From the IMG/VR virus record IMGVR_UViG_3300021962_000036, positions 55,947-119,946 of that record: a stretch of 64,000 bases of DNA, one strand, 5' to 3'. This document shows positions 20,206-30,897 of this stretch, piece by piece; position 1 is the stretch's first letter; every line of letters begins with the position of its first letter. Source of the stretch: a virus. The notes under the pieces are model-generated. The model made no database searches. It was not told where the DNA came from and worked only from the letters and a program-made list of their open reading frames with translations. The translations under genes were made by a program, and so were the position numbers.

Positions 20206-21384
20206 ATGGCATCAAAATTCTTAGTGCCTTTACAGCTCCCTGAACTAAATGGTGCTACCATTGCTAATCCAGGTGCAGGTTTTGTGAAGGCTTACATCTT
20301 AAATGGTTGGTTAACCAAGAAAGACAGTGCAGGTACAGTCATTGATTTGGTACTTGACAGAACATTGACAACTTATTCTGTTGCAGCAACAGCTGCAGCA
20401 ATTTCATCTGCTGATACTCTTGTAGTAGCATTGGGTAAATTGCAAAAAAGTTTAAACAGTATCAATCTTACAGGTGATGTTACTGGTTCAGCGTCTTATG
20501 TGTCTGGAGCATTAACAATTTCAGCAACAATTGCAGCAAATAGTGTTACTCTTGGTGCTGATACTACAGGTGATTATGTAGCAGGTGTTGCATCTGGTAC
20601 AGGTATTACTGTATCTTCTTCTGGTGGTGAAGGTTCAACTCCAAGTGTAGCATTGAAAAATGCAGCTAACTTGAGTGACAATACTTTACCTATCTGGGAT
20701 GGTGCTGCAGGTAATTTAAAAAATTCACCTATTCAGTTTAATGGTAGTGATATTATTATCAATGCTAACTTTGTAGTAAACGGAACTACCACAACTGTAA
20801 ATACAGAAACTGTACTTCTTGCTGATAATATTATCACATTAAACAGTAACTATACAGGATCAGCTCCTACAGAAAATGCAGGTATTGAAGTAGAACGTGG
20901 AACATTAGCAAATGTTTCTTTACGTTGGAATGAAACTACTGATAAGTGGGAACTGACTTCTGATGGTACAACTTTTTACACAATCACAACTTCACAGGAT
21001 TCTCCTAATGTTGTTGCGGGTGCTGGTATTACAGTATCAACTGTTGGTAATCAAGTTACTGTATCACATACAGATACATCATCTGCAGCTACAACATCAA
21101 ATACTTTAAGTCAAGTTGTACAAAATATTACAGTAGATACTTTTGGTCACGTTACTGCAATAGGTACATCAACATTAAAGTATAGTGCATTAGTTGGCGA
21201 TGGTACAGCAACTACATTTAACATCACTCACAGTAAAGGAGACAACGTTTTGGTACAAGTTTATGAAGCTGCATATCCTGCTGAATTAGTTGAGTGTGAA
21301 GTTATTGCTACATCTGCAAATGTTGTTCAATTGATATTTGCTTTGCCACCATCATTGAATGAATTTAAAGTTGTTATTATCTAA
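20206..21384 (+). CDS. tail fibre/baseplate-type structural protein
   Basis: G/T/S/A-rich with fibre-type repeats (LTGDVTGSA, DNIITLN...NAGIEVERG, VDTFGHVT). Confidence 0.7.
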   Translation: MASKFLVPLQLPELNGATIANPGAGFVKAYILNGWLTKKDSAGTVIDLVLDRTLTTYSVAATAAAISSADTLVVALGKLQKSLNSINLTGDVTGSASYVSGALTISATIAANSVTLGADTTGDYVAGVASGTGITVSSSGGEGSTPSVALKNAANLSDNTLPIWDGAAGNLKNSPIQFNGSDIIINANFVVNGTTTTVNTETVLLADNIITLNSNYTGSAPTENAGIEVERGTLANVSLRWNETTDKWELTSDGTTFYTITTSQDSPNVVAGAGITVSTVGNQVTVSHTDTSSAATTSNTLSQVVQNITVDTFGHVTAIGTSTLKYSALVGDGTATTFNITHSKGDNVLVQVYEAAYPAELVECEVIATSANVVQLIFALPPSLNEFKVVII

Positions 21385-21428
21385 TTGGATAACAATAAAT
21401 AATGTCTTAGACATAAAACAATACTTAC

Positions 21429-21998
21429 ATGAGTCGTAGAGTAGAAGCAGATTTATTAATAAGAGGAATGCTGTCAGTTCACAATCTCCCTAATTTGGGG
21501 ATTGTGGCTGACAAATTTTTAGTTTATGACCCTTCCACCAAAGGAGTAAAATTTAGAACAGCTGTTCAAATGCTTTCTGATCTTGGTGCTGCGTCTTCTA
21601 GTATTGGAATTGATCAGGTATTAGCTAACGATAACATCACTAGTTTAAGCTTAACTCTTGGTGGACTTGCTGTTAATGGTGCTGTTGCTTTTACATCATT
21701 AAGTAATGGTGTATTAAAAGTTGATGTAAATGGTAATGTTTACGCAGATGCATCATCAATAGTTGATATTACTGATTATGATTATGACATCATTGGTGTC
21801 AGAAATGGAGTTAATTCAGCTTTTCAATTAAGAAACGTGTATGTGCCTGATAGCACAAGAGTATACATTAATGGTATTAGACAAACACTTGGTGTAGGAT
21901 ATGATTATGATGAGGCTGGTCCAAACATGATTCAATTTTTTACTCCACCTGCAGTAGACGATTTGCTAACTGTTGATTACAAAATAACCATACCATAA
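21429..21998 (+). CDS. putative structural (tail) protein
   Basis: C-terminal Ig-like module GVNSAF...VYINGIRQ...DY...F..PP..DDLL.VDY, located in the fibre operon. Confidence 0.6.
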   Translation: MSRRVEADLLIRGMLSVHNLPNLGIVADKFLVYDPSTKGVKFRTAVQMLSDLGAASSSIGIDQVLANDNITSLSLTLGGLAVNGAVAFTSLSNGVLKVDVNGNVYADASSIVDITDYDYDIIGVRNGVNSAFQLRNVYVPDSTRVYINGIRQTLGVGYDYDEAGPNMIQFFTPPAVDDLLTVDYKITIP

Positions 21999-22021
21999 CA
22001 AAAATTATAATTACTTAAGAT

Positions 22022-25000
22022 ATGTCAATAACTCTAGTTAGGAAGTCTCAGATAAGACCTCTGAACATTATAAGAAGTGATATAAACACTACTACTTCAG
22101 GTTCAGCTTTGATTACAAAAGTCATAGCTGGAACAGGATTGACGTTGTCTTCTTCAACTGGAATTAATTCAGGTACAGGTGATGTAACAATTGCATTAAG
22201 TATTGCGTCAGCTTCTGTATTAGGTGGTGTTAAAATAGGTTCAGGATTAAGCATTGCTGTTGATGGTACAATTAGTGTAATAAGTACATCTACAACATGG
22301 GGTTCTATAACAGGAAATCTCCCTAGTCAACTAGATTTACAAACAGCACTTAATGCAAAGTACAATAATCCTACAGGAACAACTTCTCAGTACATTGATG
22401 GTACTGGTGCTTACCGCTCATTTCCAACTTTTCTTTCTTCTAACTCAATAAGTCATGAAGTAAAAGCAGGTGTAGCAATAAATAAAGGACAAGCAGTTTA
22501 CGTGACAAGTGCTGATGGAACCAATATGATTGTTGGTTTAGCGTCTAATTCTTCTGAAGCAACATCTTCTAAAACAATGGGTTTACTAGATGCAACTGTT
22601 TCTACAAATGGTTTTGCTAGAGTTGTAACTGAAGGTCTTTTAGCTGGTTTAAACACAAATGGTGCAAATGCTGGAGATCCTGTTTGGTTAGGTACTGGCG
22701 GAAACTTAATTTATGGTTTAGCAAACAAACCTTACGCTCCTGCACATTTAGTATTTATTGGTATTGTTACAAGAGCAAACTCTAGTAATGGTGAAATCTT
22801 TATAAAAGTACAGAATGGCTTTGAGTTTGGCGAATTACATGATTATGTACAAAATGGCGTACAAGATAATTTTGTAATATCATATGAAGCATCTACAAGT
22901 TTATACAAACCCAAATCAATTGCAACTCTTTTAGGATACACTGCTGCAAACGATGCAAACGTAGTTCATAAAACTGGTGCAGAAAGCATTGCAGGTGTTA
23001 AAACATTTTCTGATACTACCCAATCAACTTCAGTTTCAAGTGGAGCAGTTGTTGTTAGTGGAGGTGTTGGCATAACAAAAAATTTATATGTTGGTGGTGA
23101 CATTAACATTTCAGGTAATTTAACAATTGGTGGTACAAACACAATTATAAATGCCCAAAACTTATCAGTTTCAGATAACATGATTTATCTGAACAATGGT
23201 ATTGAAACAACAATTACAAATGTTGTAGCTAATGGCACAACAATAGTATATACAACTCAACAAGTTCACAACTATTCTATTGGAATGGTTGTAACAATTT
23301 CTGGAGTAACTCCAGCAGGATTTAATTTAAATAACCAAGCAATAACTGCAGTAGGTACAAATTCATTTACTATTGCAAGTTCTGTTACAGGATCTTATGT
23401 TTCTGGTGGTACTGCTAGAGCTAAATCATCAGCAAATCCAGATCTTGGTTTTGCAGGTGGATACAACGATGGTACTTATGGACATGCTGGTTTATTTAGA
23501 GATGCTACAGACAATGTTTGGAAATTTTTTAAAGGATATACTCCTGAACCAGACGCATCTCCTTTTATAGATACATCACATGCATCTTTTGCATATGCTG
23601 ATTTACGTGCTTTTAATATTACAGGTAATTCTTTTGTTAAAGTAGGAGGGACTTCTTCTCAATTTCTAAAAGCAGATGGTAGTATTGATAGTTCAACTTA
23701 TGCAACTACATCTCAATTACATAATGCTGTAACTATTGGTACAGCAAATGGCCTTAGTTTAAGTACTCAAGTGTTATCTTTAGGATTAGCTAGTGGTTCT
23801 GCAACTGGAGCTTTAAGTTCTGGAGATTGGACTACTTTTAACAATAAACAGGCAGCATTAAATGGTACAGGTTTTGTAAAAATATCTGGTACAACAATAT
23901 CTTATGACAACAGTGTTTATCAATTAGCTAGTACAGCTATAACAACAACTAACATTGGAAGTCAATCAGTAAGCTATGCTACCACAGCAGGTAGTGCAAC
24001 TGTTCTTCAAACAGCAAGAAATATTAATGGTACAAGTTTTAATGGTTCTGCAGATATTACAACAGCCAACTGGGGTACAGCAAGAACTATCACAATTGGT
24101 GGTACAGGAAAATCTATAAATGGTTCTGCTAACGTGTCATGGACTCTTGCAGAAATTCAAGCAGAATATGAAGTTCCTTTGAATACTTTAAGAACTAATC
24201 TTGGATCTCCAACTGTTCGCGAAGCTGCCCTTTTTCATGGTCAATTTAATAATAAATTTAGATTTATAGTTCCAACTTTACAAGAAGAAAGTACAGATGG
24301 AACAACTTGGGTAACATCAACAAGAGCCAGTGCATCTGTACTTGGAGATATGATGATTGGTGAAGGTCAAGGTACTAGTTTTAATGCAATACCTACTGGT
24401 ACAGTTGGTACATATGGAGCGTACCGTTTAACTTGGAATGTTGTTGGTTCTACAGGATATGTATTCTTAAATGCTTTATATATTTATAACTCAACAAATG
24501 GTAATAATGTAACCGTTACTATTGAAGCGTTTCATAATACAAATGGTTGGCAAGTAATCACAGGTCCTCACACAACAAATAACTGGCCTGGTCACTCTTA
24601 TATTCCACATTCAAATATTCCATATAGTAATAGTGCTGCTCAGTATAGTCAAGTACGAGTAACATTTACTACGACTCATAATGCTAACACAAATGCTTTT
24701 AATATTAATGGGATTGAATGGTTTGGTGGATATCCTCAAGGTAGAAGAAATGCAGAGTCTTATGACAGACTAAAGAATGTAACTTTCCCAGCTGCAATTA
24801 CTGGTACTAATATTATAAAATCAGGTGGAACATCTTCTCAGTTTTTGAAGGCAGATGGTTCTGTAGATTCAAGTGCTTATATTACATCTAGTGCATTGAC
24901 AGGATATGCAACTCAATCATGGGTTACATCTCAAGGATATTTATCAGCTGAAATAGATACACTGGCAACAGTAACATCTCGTGGTAATTCTACATCAACT

Positions 25001-27607
25001 GCTGTTGTTGTCAATAATACATTAACAGTAAATAACACTTCACACTATGATTCAACTCAATTCTCATTAGATGTTAATGGTGGATTGTTAGTAAAGAACT
25101 CTGGTAAAGTAGCTCAGTTTGTTTTAATAAACTCAGACCCTGCTTCTGGTGGTAATGCTGGATTTGTTGTGCACACTGTTGGTGGTGCAACTACAACTTC
25201 ATATGTAGATATTCAAGGATATTATGGAGCGTCTATTGCAGGTAGCACTACACTTAGATTAAATGCGTTAGGTGGTGCTGTCACAATTAATGGAAATACA
25301 GCTTATCATGCTGGTAATTTAACCAATCTAAATCAGCTTGCCAATGGACCTGGTTACATTACATCATATACAGAAACAGATCCAACTGTACCTTCTCATG
25401 TAAAATCAATTACTACTACAAATATAAGTAATTGGAATACAGCATTTGGTTGGGGCAATCATGCAAGTCAAGGATACTTAACAAGTGTTACAAATATTTC
25501 AGGATATGCTGGAACTTTAAATAGAGAAGATAATAGAACAATATCTCCTAGTGAGTTGACAGCTGGCCAAATGAAATTTGGTTTTACATCTTGGAATAAT
25601 AATAATTCAACTCCTTATGCAGATTTCATACACATGCGTTCTTATACTGACGCTTCTGGTGGGTCAGATAATCTCATCATGTTTAAGAAGACTGGTATTG
25701 GTATGCGTATTTGGCAACAAACTTGGGGTTCTTCTACTGCTTATTCTGGATTTGTTGATGTATGGACAACTGGAAACTTTACACAAACAGATGTAGATAC
25801 TTGGAACACTGCATACTCTTGGGGAAATCATACAAGTGGAGGTTATTTAACCTCTGCAATTGCTGCTACAACATATGTATCTCTTACAGGAAGTTACACA
25901 AACCCATCATGGATAACTAATTTAAATTATTCTAAGATTACAGGTGGAACAGCCTCTCAATTTTTGAAAGCTGATGGTACTGTTGATAGCAACATTTATG
26001 CTCTAGATAGTGCTGTAGTCCATTTAACTGGTAATGAAACTGTTGCTGGAGTTAAAACATTTACAAACACTGGGAATTCTCAAACTAACGGAGTAAGATT
26101 TATTAATAACGGTGTTGCTGCAAGTTTCTCATTGTACACTAACAATTCTAATGCAGGATATGGTGTATGGACAACCAACGGTGGTTCAGGTACAGGTTTA
26201 TATTCTCAGAACTCAGGTACTGGAAATGCAATTGTTGCAGAAAACGTAGCTCCTAATGGAATTGCTTTAAAAGCAAGAAATCAGTTTGGTGGTAAAGGGA
26301 TAGAATTAACCAATGAAGGGGCTGGCTTAGGTTTAATAATTAACAATCTTACTGCAGCAACTGGAATGCCTTTTAGCATTCAAAAAAATGGTTCTGACAA
26401 ATTTACTATCAATGACGCAGGAGACGCAACCGCAACTAAATTTGTAAAATCAGGTGGTACATCCGCTCAATACTTAATGGCAGACGGAACTGTTTCTACA
26501 GGTCCTAACTTAGCTGGGTATTTAGCATTAACTGGAGGTACTCTTACAGGTGTGTTGAATGGTACTAGGCTATCTTTTACACAGTCATCAGCTTTTGATA
26601 CATTGTATGCTTACAATGGTTCAGTTGGTGCAATAGCTATTAGTGGTGGTGCTGCTAATGGAACAGGTGGTTATTTTGTCAACAACTCAACTACATATCC
26701 TGTACTTAAAGTATTAGGTTTATCTGGCACTACATTAATTGAAGGTAGAAGTACTAGTGATGCAATTATATTTTCTGTTACATCTACTGGTATAGTAACT
26801 GGTTCTTCTTTTGTTAAAAGTGGTGGTACAGCTGCTCAAATACTTGCAGCTAACGGAACTGTTATTACAGCTGGTACAGGAATTACAATTAGTGGAGGAA
26901 CAATTTCAGCTTCTGCTGTAGGTGGAGTTTCTTCGTTTAATACAAGAACTGGAGCTATAACATTAACATTAGCAGATGTCACAGGAGCTTTAGGGTACAC
27001 ACCATACAACAGTTCAAATCCATCAAGTTACATAAGTTCATACACTGAAACAGATACATTTGCTAGTGTTACAGGTAGAGGAGCTACAACTTCAACTCCA
27101 ATAACCATAACTGGTACTGAAGGAAGAGAAGTTGCTGTATACATGCCTTCATCATATACCACAAATGATTTAGTTTCTGGTCATGAATATGGATGGTATA
27201 GTGATCATTGGAGACTTGGAATGACTCGTTCAGGAGCTGCTGCTGGTGCTGATTTTGTAGTTCAATGGAATGGAGCTAGAAAACTTTCATTAAGTAACGC
27301 AGGTGACATCATTGTAACTGGAACTGTTACTGAACAGTCATCAAAAAGATACAAAGAAAACATTATAGATTTAGAACCAATTTCTGAGAAAGTAAACAAA
27401 CTTAGACCTGTTAGATATAACAAAATAGGATTTGCAGAACAAGAAATTGGATTAATTGCAGAAGAGGTTGGTGAGTTATTTCCAGAATTTGTAAATTACA
27501 ATGATGCTGGTCAAGCTGAATCACTTAACTATACAAGATTGTCAGTGCTATTATTACAGACAGTAAAAGAATTATCAGATAAAATCAAAAAATTAGAAAC
27601 TAAATAA
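22022..27607 (+). CDS. long tail fibre 1 with C-terminal intramolecular chaperone (peptidase S74), 1861 aa
   Basis: Repetitive G/T/S-rich body, then SSKRYKENI...LRPVRY...IGLIAEEV...LNYTRL and a terminal coiled coil. Confidence 0.88.
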   Translation: MSITLVRKSQIRPLNIIRSDINTTTSGSALITKVIAGTGLTLSSSTGINSGTGDVTIALSIASASVLGGVKIGSGLSIAVDGTISVISTSTTWGSITGNLPSQLDLQTALNAKYNNPTGTTSQYIDGTGAYRSFPTFLSSNSISHEVKAGVAINKGQAVYVTSADGTNMIVGLASNSSEATSSKTMGLLDATVSTNGFARVVTEGLLAGLNTNGANAGDPVWLGTGGNLIYGLANKPYAPAHLVFIGIVTRANSSNGEIFIKVQNGFEFGELHDYVQNGVQDNFVISYEASTSLYKPKSIATLLGYTAANDANVVHKTGAESIAGVKTFSDTTQSTSVSSGAVVVSGGVGITKNLYVGGDINISGNLTIGGTNTIINAQNLSVSDNMIYLNNGIETTITNVVANGTTIVYTTQQVHNYSIGMVVTISGVTPAGFNLNNQAITAVGTNSFTIASSVTGSYVSGGTARAKSSANPDLGFAGGYNDGTYGHAGLFRDATDNVWKFFKGYTPEPDASPFIDTSHASFAYADLRAFNITGNSFVKVGGTSSQFLKADGSIDSSTYATTSQLHNAVTIGTANGLSLSTQVLSLGLASGSATGALSSGDWTTFNNKQAALNGTGFVKISGTTISYDNSVYQLASTAITTTNIGSQSVSYATTAGSATVLQTARNINGTSFNGSADITTANWGTARTITIGGTGKSINGSANVSWTLAEIQAEYEVPLNTLRTNLGSPTVREAALFHGQFNNKFRFIVPTLQEESTDGTTWVTSTRASASVLGDMMIGEGQGTSFNAIPTGTVGTYGAYRLTWNVVGSTGYVFLNALYIYNSTNGNNVTVTIEAFHNTNGWQVITGPHTTNNWPGHSYIPHSNIPYSNSAAQYSQVRVTFTTTHNANTNAFNINGIEWFGGYPQGRRNAESYDRLKNVTFPAAITGTNIIKSGGTSSQFLKADGSVDSSAYITSSALTGYATQSWVTSQGYLSAEIDTLATVTSRGNSTSTAVVVNNTLTVNNTSHYDSTQFSLDVNGGLLVKNSGKVAQFVLINSDPASGGNAGFVVHTVGGATTTSYVDIQGYYGASIAGSTTLRLNALGGAVTINGNTAYHAGNLTNLNQLANGPGYITSYTETDPTVPSHVKSITTTNISNWNTAFGWGNHASQGYLTSVTNISGYAGTLNREDNRTISPSELTAGQMKFGFTSWNNNNSTPYADFIHMRSYTDASGGSDNLIMFKKTGIGMRIWQQTWGSSTAYSGFVDVWTTGNFTQTDVDTWNTAYSWGNHTSGGYLTSAIAATTYVSLTGSYTNPSWITNLNYSKITGGTASQFLKADGTVDSNIYALDSAVVHLTGNETVAGVKTFTNTGNSQTNGVRFINNGVAASFSLYTNNSNAGYGVWTTNGGSGTGLYSQNSGTGNAIVAENVAPNGIALKARNQFGGKGIELTNEGAGLGLIINNLTAATGMPFSIQKNGSDKFTINDAGDATATKFVKSGGTSAQYLMADGTVSTGPNLAGYLALTGGTLTGVLNGTRLSFTQSSAFDTLYAYNGSVGAIAISGGAANGTGGYFVNNSTTYPVLKVLGLSGTTLIEGRSTSDAIIFSVTSTGIVTGSSFVKSGGTAAQILAANGTVITAGTGITISGGTISASAVGGVSSFNTRTGAITLTLADVTGALGYTPYNSSNPSSYISSYTETDTFASVTGRGATTSTPITITGTEGREVAVYMPSSYTTNDLVSGHEYGWYSDHWRLGMTRSGAAAGADFVVQWNGARKLSLSNAGDIIVTGTVTEQSSKRYKENIIDLEPISEKVNKLRPVRYNKIGFAEQEIGLIAEEVGELFPEFVNYNDAGQAESLNYTRLSVLLLQTVKELSDKIKKLETK

Positions 27608-27608
27608 T

Positions 27609-30600
27609 ATGGCTACTTTATTAATTGGTACAACAATAGGTGGGTATGCTGCCATACATGCTGGAAACATTGCTTCTCAGTCAGTTAATTATGCCAATAC
27701 TTCAGGGTCCACAACAGGTAATGCTGCAACAGTTTCAAGTATAACTGCTAACACTGGATTATTGAGGGATAGGCTTGCAGCGTCTGCTGTAATAGATGGA
27801 CTTACTGCATCTAACTTTAGAACTACTTTATTTGGATCTACTACTAGTGGTTATCAAATATCAACAGCAAGATGGAACACTGTTCCAGCACCTTTATCAG
27901 GCATTAACTCTTATGGCACAATGATAGCTTGGGCTGGCTCTGACACTCATGGTTTTTTAGCTGTAAATTATAATGATGCAGGAGCAATAATAGGTGGAGG
28001 TAATGGTGATCTTATTAGCTGGAGTAAAAAATTAGCATTTGCAGATGGTACTTCCGCTTCAGGAACATGGGGAATAAACATAACTGGTAACGCATCTTCA
28101 GTAAATACTACTTACGTAACAACAAATGCTGAGTACTATTTAACTTTTGTAGACGCAAACAATGGTTCACCATCAGCTGAATTTCTTTATACAATTGGTA
28201 CAATAAAAGTAAACCCTAGTACTGGAAATTTAACAGCAGCAACTTTTACAGGCGCTGGTACAGGATTGACAGGAACAGCAGCATCATTAAATATTGGTGG
28301 TAATGCAGGTACTGCAACAACTCTTCAAACAGCTAGAACAATCAATGGTGCATCTTTTAATGGGTCTGCTAACATAGTTGCTACAGAAAGAATACATTCT
28401 GATAGAGATTTTCCTAATGGAACATTAATAACAACAAGTATAGACTATTCTGTTACTAATGGTGACCCTTTTATTTTAGAAATAACAGGTAATAGTTATG
28501 GTAATATCATACCACTTGACTTACAAGTTCAAGGGTATATTTATTCTAATACTATTATAAACGTAGGTGGTTTAAGTAATGGTAGAAACATAACAGGACT
28601 AGTTGCGTTAAATGTTGGTGGTAATTTATGTTTCTGGTTTCCTAGTCAAGGTTACTGGAATGGTTATAATGTTAAAGCATACACTGCATATGCAACAAGA
28701 GCTGTTAACAAAGTAACGTCTATAACAGGGCAAGCAAAACCATCTGGTACAAAAGAGGTTGATTTGTCATCGCAAATTAGACAATCATTACATTCTGATA
28801 ATTATACATCATATGCCGTACCTACAACTAGAACAATAACTATTAATGGTACTACATTAGATTTATCAGCTAACAGAAGTTGGACTATTACAGCTAATGC
28901 TGTTGAAACAGATACTCTGGCAACTGTAACAGCTAGAGGAAACACAACAACAACCTCAATAAGAGCAGAAAGATATATAGGTAATAATAGTTTAATATTA
29001 AATTCTTATACAACGGTTAATCCAGCGTCCAATGTATTTTTATATAGTCAACCTAATGACAGGGATTCTTGGCTATATTTAGATAGTGCTGATACAGGAA
29101 GTAACTGGGGTATATACCATAGACAAATTGATTCTGCTGTTTCAGGATTAGAAGGTAATGCAATTGGATTTATTGGTGGAGGAAATAGTGCATTAAAAGC
29201 ATTTATAGGACTATCAACAGGTAATGGATATTTTGCAGGTACATTGAATGCTGTAACATTACAGCAAAATGGAACAGCAGTTGTAACAAATAACGGTGGA
29301 GTTTGGGGTATAAATATTACAGGTTCATCTTCATCAGCTAATAGTGCAACTTATGCTAATTACTTACCAACAGCTTATGCAGGAGGTCAACAGACTAATC
29401 CTCAAGTATATTTCAATAATGGTATTGGAGTAAAAGCTGCTATGACAGGAGCTTGGTCAGTATGGTCTGATACTCTTTGGATTAATGGTTATTCTGGTTC
29501 TGATGTAAAACAAATGTGTGCATTGCATACATTAAGAAATGGTACACCAAGAATGGCTATTAGTGTTCAAGCACATGATGCAACATCTTACGGTACATTT
29601 TATGAATTTATTACAGCATACAATATTGCATCTCAAACTGTTGCTTCTGCAGGTAATGCAACAACAGCAGGTGGGTTAGCAGTACATGGTGGAAGAAACA
29701 ATGAGGTTAATAAAATTGTCAGAACAGACGCTAATGGTTATATTCAAGCAGGTTGGATTAACACAACTTCAGGTTCTTTTGGAAGTGCTATAAATAAAAT
29801 ATACTGTTCTGATGACGACTATATGCGTTATCAAACTCCAGCAAGTTTTATATCAAACTTAGGTTTAATTACTACTTCTAGTATAGGTTCTCAATCTGTA
29901 AACTATGCGTCTAGCGCAGGTTCTGTAGCATGGGGTAACGTTTCCAGTAGACCTTCTTGGATGACAAGTGCTTCTTTAATAGCAAGCCATTCAAATGCAA
30001 ATGAGTGGAGAAACTCTGGATTCTATGAAAATGATGGTGGTGGATCAAATTGGCCTAGTGGAACATGGTATAATTCAATAAACGTAAGACATAGTAATCA
30101 AGGTAACTATCATGGATTCCAAGTAGCAATGAGTTACTATGACAATCTATTATGGTTTAGAAGTTATCAAGGTTCTGGTACTTTTCAATCATGGGCATAT
30201 GCAATATCAAATCAAAATATTGGTTCACAATCTGTTGCGTATGCATCTAACGCAGGAACTTTAAGTGGTTATGCATGGGATTCTGCTGGTAAAGTGATTC
30301 GTGGTTCTGATATTTATGCTGATAGTTGGTTAAGAAACTATAATATTAACACAGGTCTTTATAATCAAGCTACAGGAACGCACTTTTATTCAAATTCTTC
30401 TGAAGGTTTTGCAATAACTGGTTCAGGTGGAATTGTACAATTACAATTTAGAAGTAATCATCAGAGTACCTTAAGAGGATATGTTTATGGAGATACTTCA
30501 TCAAACTTTGGTTTATTAAATGATCAAGGTGGATGGTCAGTACGTTGTTATGCAGGTACTGGTTATGGTGGTGCTTTGACAGGATCATGGACTGCTTCTG

Positions 30601-30896
30601 GTGACTTGATTGCATATTCTGATGCACGTGTTAAAACAGATGTATCTACTATAGAAAATGCTTTAGAAAAAGTATTATCTTTGAGAGGTGTTACATATGT
30701 ACGTACAGATGGAGAAGATCATTCTCAAAAAATTGGTGTAATTGCACAAGAGGTTCAAAAAATATTACCTCAAGTAGTACATGAACAACAAGACGGAATG
30801 CTTGGTGTATCATATGGAAATATAGTTGGAGTTCTGATTGAAGCAATCAAAGAACAACAAAAAGAGATTGAGGAACTTAAAGCAAAACTAAACTAA
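27609..30896 (+). CDS. tail fibre 2 with C-terminal intramolecular chaperone (peptidase S74), 1095 aa
   Basis: SDARVKTDV...LRGVTY...IGVIAQEV...VSYGNIVGVLIEAIKEQQ. Shares hinge repeats with fibre 1. Confidence 0.88.
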   Translation: MATLLIGTTIGGYAAIHAGNIASQSVNYANTSGSTTGNAATVSSITANTGLLRDRLAASAVIDGLTASNFRTTLFGSTTSGYQISTARWNTVPAPLSGINSYGTMIAWAGSDTHGFLAVNYNDAGAIIGGGNGDLISWSKKLAFADGTSASGTWGINITGNASSVNTTYVTTNAEYYLTFVDANNGSPSAEFLYTIGTIKVNPSTGNLTAATFTGAGTGLTGTAASLNIGGNAGTATTLQTARTINGASFNGSANIVATERIHSDRDFPNGTLITTSIDYSVTNGDPFILEITGNSYGNIIPLDLQVQGYIYSNTIINVGGLSNGRNITGLVALNVGGNLCFWFPSQGYWNGYNVKAYTAYATRAVNKVTSITGQAKPSGTKEVDLSSQIRQSLHSDNYTSYAVPTTRTITINGTTLDLSANRSWTITANAVETDTLATVTARGNTTTTSIRAERYIGNNSLILNSYTTVNPASNVFLYSQPNDRDSWLYLDSADTGSNWGIYHRQIDSAVSGLEGNAIGFIGGGNSALKAFIGLSTGNGYFAGTLNAVTLQQNGTAVVTNNGGVWGINITGSSSSANSATYANYLPTAYAGGQQTNPQVYFNNGIGVKAAMTGAWSVWSDTLWINGYSGSDVKQMCALHTLRNGTPRMAISVQAHDATSYGTFYEFITAYNIASQTVASAGNATTAGGLAVHGGRNNEVNKIVRTDANGYIQAGWINTTSGSFGSAINKIYCSDDDYMRYQTPASFISNLGLITTSSIGSQSVNYASSAGSVAWGNVSSRPSWMTSASLIASHSNANEWRNSGFYENDGGGSNWPSGTWYNSINVRHSNQGNYHGFQVAMSYYDNLLWFRSYQGSGTFQSWAYAISNQNIGSQSVAYASNAGTLSGYAWDSAGKVIRGSDIYADSWLRNYNINTGLYNQATGTHFYSNSSEGFAITGSGGIVQLQFRSNHQSTLRGYVYGDTSSNFGLLNDQGGWSVRCYAGTGYGGALTGSWTASGDLIAYSDARVKTDVSTIENALEKVLSLRGVTYVRTDGEDHSQKIGVIAQEVQKILPQVVHEQQDGMLGVSYGNIVGVLIEAIKEQQKEIEELKAKLN

Positions 30897-30897
30897 C

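Noticed and set aside
287-25796. Many 60-112 aa ORFs overlapping the giant genes
   Set aside because: Antisense or alternate-frame shadows produced by codon bias, with no motifs or initiation context.
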